DNA from: Bacteroidota bacterium
GTDB taxonomy: Bacteria; Bacteroidota; Bacteroidia; Bacteroidales; FEN-979
Reading direction: 5' to 3'
DNA length: 64,000 nt
NCBI GenBank assembly: GCA_026391715.1
Contig: JAPLDO010000045.1
Location: 7,189 to 71,188 of the forward strand
Positions 61,002 through 64,000 of the stretch are shown here, in pieces (the first letter of the stretch is position 1; each line of letters opens with the position of its first letter). The notes beneath the pieces were generated by a model. It was not told where the DNA came from and searched no databases. It saw nothing but the letters and a program-made list of their open reading frames with translations. A program made the translations under genes and the position numbers.

Positions 61002-61805
61002 ATGAGCACAACCCCAACGCAAAAACAATTAGGAGGCAGAATAGCTGAACTTAGAAAAAGGAAAGGGTTATCGCAGAATGATTTGGCGAGGACTGTAAGT
61101 ATTTCCAGACCTTCAATAGCTCAAATTGAACTTGGTAAAAGAAATCTGAACATTATCGAGTTGCAGAAATTATCGCTGATTCTTGGTTTTTCATTAGATG
61201 AATTCATGTCTGACAATTTCTCATTGAAAAATGAATTTCAAATTGATGTTTTACCAAAATCGGAGATAATCAATGAACGAATTTCTTTTCCTGAATTCCA
61301 ATCTGGAAAGTTCGGAAATGTGCTGTTATATATTCTTGAACGCTGTGCCGGTAAACCAAACGTTGGGGAAACTGTTATCGGCAAACTATTCTATTTTGCT
61401 GATTTTAATTATTATGAATTGTATGAGGAGCATTTGACAGGAGCTGTTTATCGGAAACTGCCTTTTGGACCAGCGCCTGAGAAACTTGAATCAATCATTC
61501 AGCAAATGACTACCAATAGTCAATTACAAAGAGTTAAAACCGAATATAACGGTTATCCGCAAATACGTTTTCTGCCGCTTGAAAAACCAGATCTGAAAGG
61601 AATGAAAGCAAGTGAAAAGGATGTAATTGACAGGGTTATTGAGCAAATGAGCGATTGGTCGGCGGCTGCCATAAGTAATTATTCCCATCAGGATATGCCG
61701 TGGTTAGCTTCAAAAGATGGCGAAGATATTGATTACGAATTGGTCTTTTACAGAGACGCGCCTTTTTCAATCAAAAACTACGGCGATGAAAATGAGCAGC
61801 CATGA
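61002..61805 (+). CDS. XRE-family HTH fused to a DUF4065/Panacea-like (SocA-type) antitoxin domain
   Basis: The N-terminus QLGGRIAELRKRKGLSQNDLARTVSISRPSIAQIELGKRN is an XRE HTH. The C-terminal part (KFGNVLLYILERCAGKPNVGETVIGKLFYFADFNYYELYEEHLTGAVYRKLPFGPAP) matches my recollection of DUF4065. Confidence 0.65.
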   Translation: MSTTPTQKQLGGRIAELRKRKGLSQNDLARTVSISRPSIAQIELGKRNLNIIELQKLSLILGFSLDEFMSDNFSLKNEFQIDVLPKSEIINERISFPEFQSGKFGNVLLYILERCAGKPNVGETVIGKLFYFADFNYYELYEEHLTGAVYRKLPFGPAPEKLESIIQQMTTNSQLQRVKTEYNGYPQIRFLPLEKPDLKGMKASEKDVIDRVIEQMSDWSAAAISNYSHQDMPWLASKDGEDIDYELVFYRDAPFSIKNYGDENEQP

Positions 61806-62146
61806 CATTTGATGAACTGCCCGAATTTAATAAGGATTTGAAAATTCTGTTGAAAAAGTACAGAACATTGCAGGATGACATTGAAACTGTGAAAAAAGTT
61901 TTAACAGTGATTCCGGATGAAAGACCTCCTTTCAGTTTTCGAATTGACAACCTTGGCTTGACCACGTGTGTAATAAAAGTAAAAAAGATTGCCTGCAGAG
62001 CGCTAAAAGGGAGAGGCGTTAATTCCGGACTGAGGTTGGTTTATGCGTACTTCAAAGAAGAAGAAAGAATAGCGTTTATTGAGCTCTTTCATAAGAACGA
62101 CAAGGAAAACGAGGATAGAAAAAGGATTCTAGAAAACTTCAAATAG
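61802..62146 (+). CDS. RelE/ParE-superfamily-like toxin (putative mRNA interferase)
   Basis: 114 aa with an ATGA overlap to the antitoxin gene. KIACRALKGRGVNSGLRLVYAYFKEEERIAFIELFHKNDKEN resembles the K..GKSGGxRvIY....i.ll.iYdKsekeN pattern of RelE-like addiction toxins. Confidence 0.5.
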   Translation: MTFDELPEFNKDLKILLKKYRTLQDDIETVKKVLTVIPDERPPFSFRIDNLGLTTCVIKVKKIACRALKGRGVNSGLRLVYAYFKEEERIAFIELFHKNDKENEDRKRILENFK

Positions 62147-62163
62147 AAAGAAAGGTATAAATA

Positions 62164-64000
62164 TTAATCCCGCACGCAAAAAAGCATCTTACACGCCCCT
62201 GATTCTCCATTCGGTCCGGTTAAGCGGATACAATAAACCCCATCCTGAAGATTCCGACTGATGATGATTTCATTAAGCGCTATTTGGTGTGAACCTTTTT
62301 CCATGATACGGTTCATGGTTCCAAGGTTGCAACCCATACCATCAACCACTTCAAGCGTCCAGCTTCCGGCAACCGGCAGGTCAAAGCAAACCCTGCTATC
62401 AAAACCGGCGGGATTAGGTACGACGCTGAGTTTGGTCTTATGATTTTTTTCCGCAATCCCATCAAGGATAAAAACAAAAAGCAGATGATGGTTATTTGCA
62501 TTGATAACCGTGTCGGACAGTACCGGGTAGCTGCCAGGAAAATAAGCTGTGCCATTGAATGTTCCATAAGGGACATGCAGAAATGTCAGTGAATCGTTGA
62601 TGATTGTGCCGTTATAAGGTCCTTCAGGTCCCTGTATCTCAATGCCTACATTGTTCAGCGTAGTTCCAAGGTTGTCAACAGCTCTGCAAACCATATCTGC
62701 CCTGTTTACTGTAAGGAGGAAATTGATCCCTGTCGTTGCCTGCCCCTGTGCAACCAGAACATTGCTAACAGTTACAGTTGTTGTATATGGATGAGTTGCC
62801 ACCACATTGTAAGTCCCTGCCGGAACCACAAGATCGTAATTTCCGAAAGCATTAGGATGCGTTGAATAACTGCCTGCCGTTACGTCGGTAAGAGTAACAT
62901 CGGCTGGTTCGCCAACTATTGTTACAAGCCCCTTGATATTCCCTGTGCCTGCGACAGGAACGAGCGTAAAATTGACATTTGGCGTAGTCTGATTTACAAC
63001 AACCGGAATGCCTGTAAGCATTTGGGTTGCATATCCGGCAAGACTTGCCGTTACATCATAATTCCCTGCCGGTAAATCGAGCGTATAAAATCCGCTTGCA
63101 TTGGGATTGGTAGTTGCAACTCCGCCACCTGCGGTTACCACAACCTGGGTTACATTCCCGGTTCCGCCGTTCAGAGTAACAGTTCCGGTCATCAAACCGT
63201 TTGTTGGAGCAAGGACAAGGGTAAGGTTTATGCCGGTAACTGTTTGCTGGTTAGCAACTGATACATTCATCACCGTATCCGGAATGTAGGCAGTTAGCGA
63301 GGCAATGACATTATAAGTTCCCGGAGACACTGTCAACGTGTAGTTGCCATTCTGGTCGGGATTGGTTGTATGCGTACCAGCCGATACCAACACTTGCTGG
63401 ATAATGCCAAACCCGCTGGAAAGTGTGACGGTTCCATGAATATATCCTGTTGGAACGGGTATTAAGGTGAGATTTACTGTGGTGGTTTGATTGGTAGTGA
63501 CAACAACGTTTGATTGCGAAGCGCCTTGATATCCGGAAAGCGACGCCGAAACGGCATAAGCGCCTGAAAGTACTGTCATTGAATAAAACCCTGTGGCATC
63601 GGGACTTGTTGTGGTAGTTCCGGCTGATACCACTACTTGCGCCACATTGCCACTTCCGCCGTTGAGTGTTATAGTTCCGGAAATTGTTCCTGAGAAAGCG
63701 GGTCCCAGACTGCCATCCAGTTGAATATTCTGGGCATAAACGTCAACATCGGCGCCGCGATCATCTTCCCAGGCAACAATCCATTGGTTGTTCGCAAATT
63801 CGTTTACCACAGGATGTACCTTTTGGGAGGATACTGTGCAGATTTCCTTTTGGGCGGGAGTCCAAAGCATAGCGCCGGAAGGAGAAATGCGCATAGCCTT
63901 TATCATTCCATCAATAGCATTCGAATACTGCTCAAAGACAAGGATCATATCAGTCGGTGTGTTGCGGGCTTCATAAGGATAAACATCGGTGAGGGAAACC
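62164..64000 (-). CDS. Secreted protein with five or six tandem carboxypeptidase-regulatory-like (Ig-like) domains and a T9SS CTD; 5'-partial at the window edge
   Basis: Repeated ~85-aa units (GxVTLxGGxGNVxQVVVxAG...TNPxxxGxYxLxxxxGxYxVxASLxGY). CTD-like end (LSVVPNPAGFDSRVCFDL...DGVYCIRLTGPNG). The frame stays open upstream of ATG 63948 to position 64000, so the gene probably begins outside the window. Confidence 0.7.
   Translation of the reverse strand, partial: VSLTDVYPYEARNTPTDMILVFEQYSNAIDGMIKAMRISPSGAMLWTPAQKEICTVSSQKVHPVVNEFANNQWIVAWEDDRGADVDVYAQNIQLDGSLGPAFSGTISGTITLNGGSGNVAQVVVSAGTTTTSPDATGFYSMTVLSGAYAVSASLSGYQGASQSNVVVTTNQTTTVNLTLIPVPTGYIHGTVTLSSGFGIIQQVLVSAGTHTTNPDQNGNYTLTVSPGTYNVIASLTAYIPDTVMNVSVANQQTVTGINLTLVLAPTNGLMTGTVTLNGGTGNVTQVVVTAGGGVATTNPNASGFYTLDLPAGNYDVTASLAGYATQMLTGIPVVVNQTTPNVNFTLVPVAGTGNIKGLVTIVGEPADVTLTDVTAGSYSTHPNAFGNYDLVVPAGTYNVVATHPYTTTVTVSNVLVAQGQATTGINFLLTVNRADMVCRAVDNLGTTLNNVGIEIQGPEGPYNGTIINDSLTFLHVPYGTFNGTAYFPGSYPVLSDTVINANNHHLLFVFILDGIAEKNHKTKLSVVPNPAGFDSRVCFDLPVAGSWTLEVVDGMGCNLGTMNRIMEKGSHQIALNEIIISRNLQDGVYCIRLTGPNGESGACKMLFCVRD

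Overview
This 64-kb chromosomal segment looks Bacteroidota-derived. Several secreted proteins carry T9SS C-terminal sorting domains and there is a PorZ-like gene. TAnnTTTG -7 promoter boxes sit about 15-80 nt upstream of many start codons, there are no Shine-Dalgarno sequences, and the large lipoproteins have a K-D-D-E surface-export signal after the lipid Cys. Layout: (1) 1-18.8 kb is a minus-strand accessory locus. It holds three paralogous ~740-755-aa lipoproteins of unknown function, two homologous small proteins, two lipases, an Ntn amide hydrolase, an amidohydrolase, two beta-barrel proteins and a TPR/LuxR regulator, and it is interrupted by an AAA/DUF4143 ATPase gene. (2) 19.2-25.1 kb is a tightly coupled four-gene operon: PAS hybrid histidine kinase, corrinoid (B12-binding) protein, MtaA-like URO-D family methyltransferase, and a second histidine kinase with a DUF1638-like N-terminal domain. 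I consider this the best candidate for an undescribed system (cobamide-linked signalling). (3) 25.1-27.5 kb is a two-ORF IS element with 17-bp terminal inverted repeats, next to tRNA-Leu(CAA). (4) prs-rplY-pth housekeeping genes. (5) A TolC-HlyD-ABC2-ABC2 efflux operon is split by a ~6.8-kb type I R-M island (hsdM-dinD-orf-hsdS-rhuM-hsdR) whose hsdR is truncated. (6) gadB-gadC. (7) The start of an EPS/capsule locus (UDP-sugar epimerase and dehydrogenase, wza, wzc). (8) PorZ-like gene overlapping recO, T9SS cargo proteins, a TonB-dependent receptor, an XRE-Panacea/RelE-like toxin-antitoxin pair, and a 5'-partial T9SS cargo gene at the window edge. Three kinds of short repeat recur: G-poor 7-9-bp tandem repeats abutting start codons, a GC-rich hairpin element inserted in-frame in recO, and a MITE-like palindromic element. 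All functional calls rest on motifs recognised by eye. No database search or computation was run.
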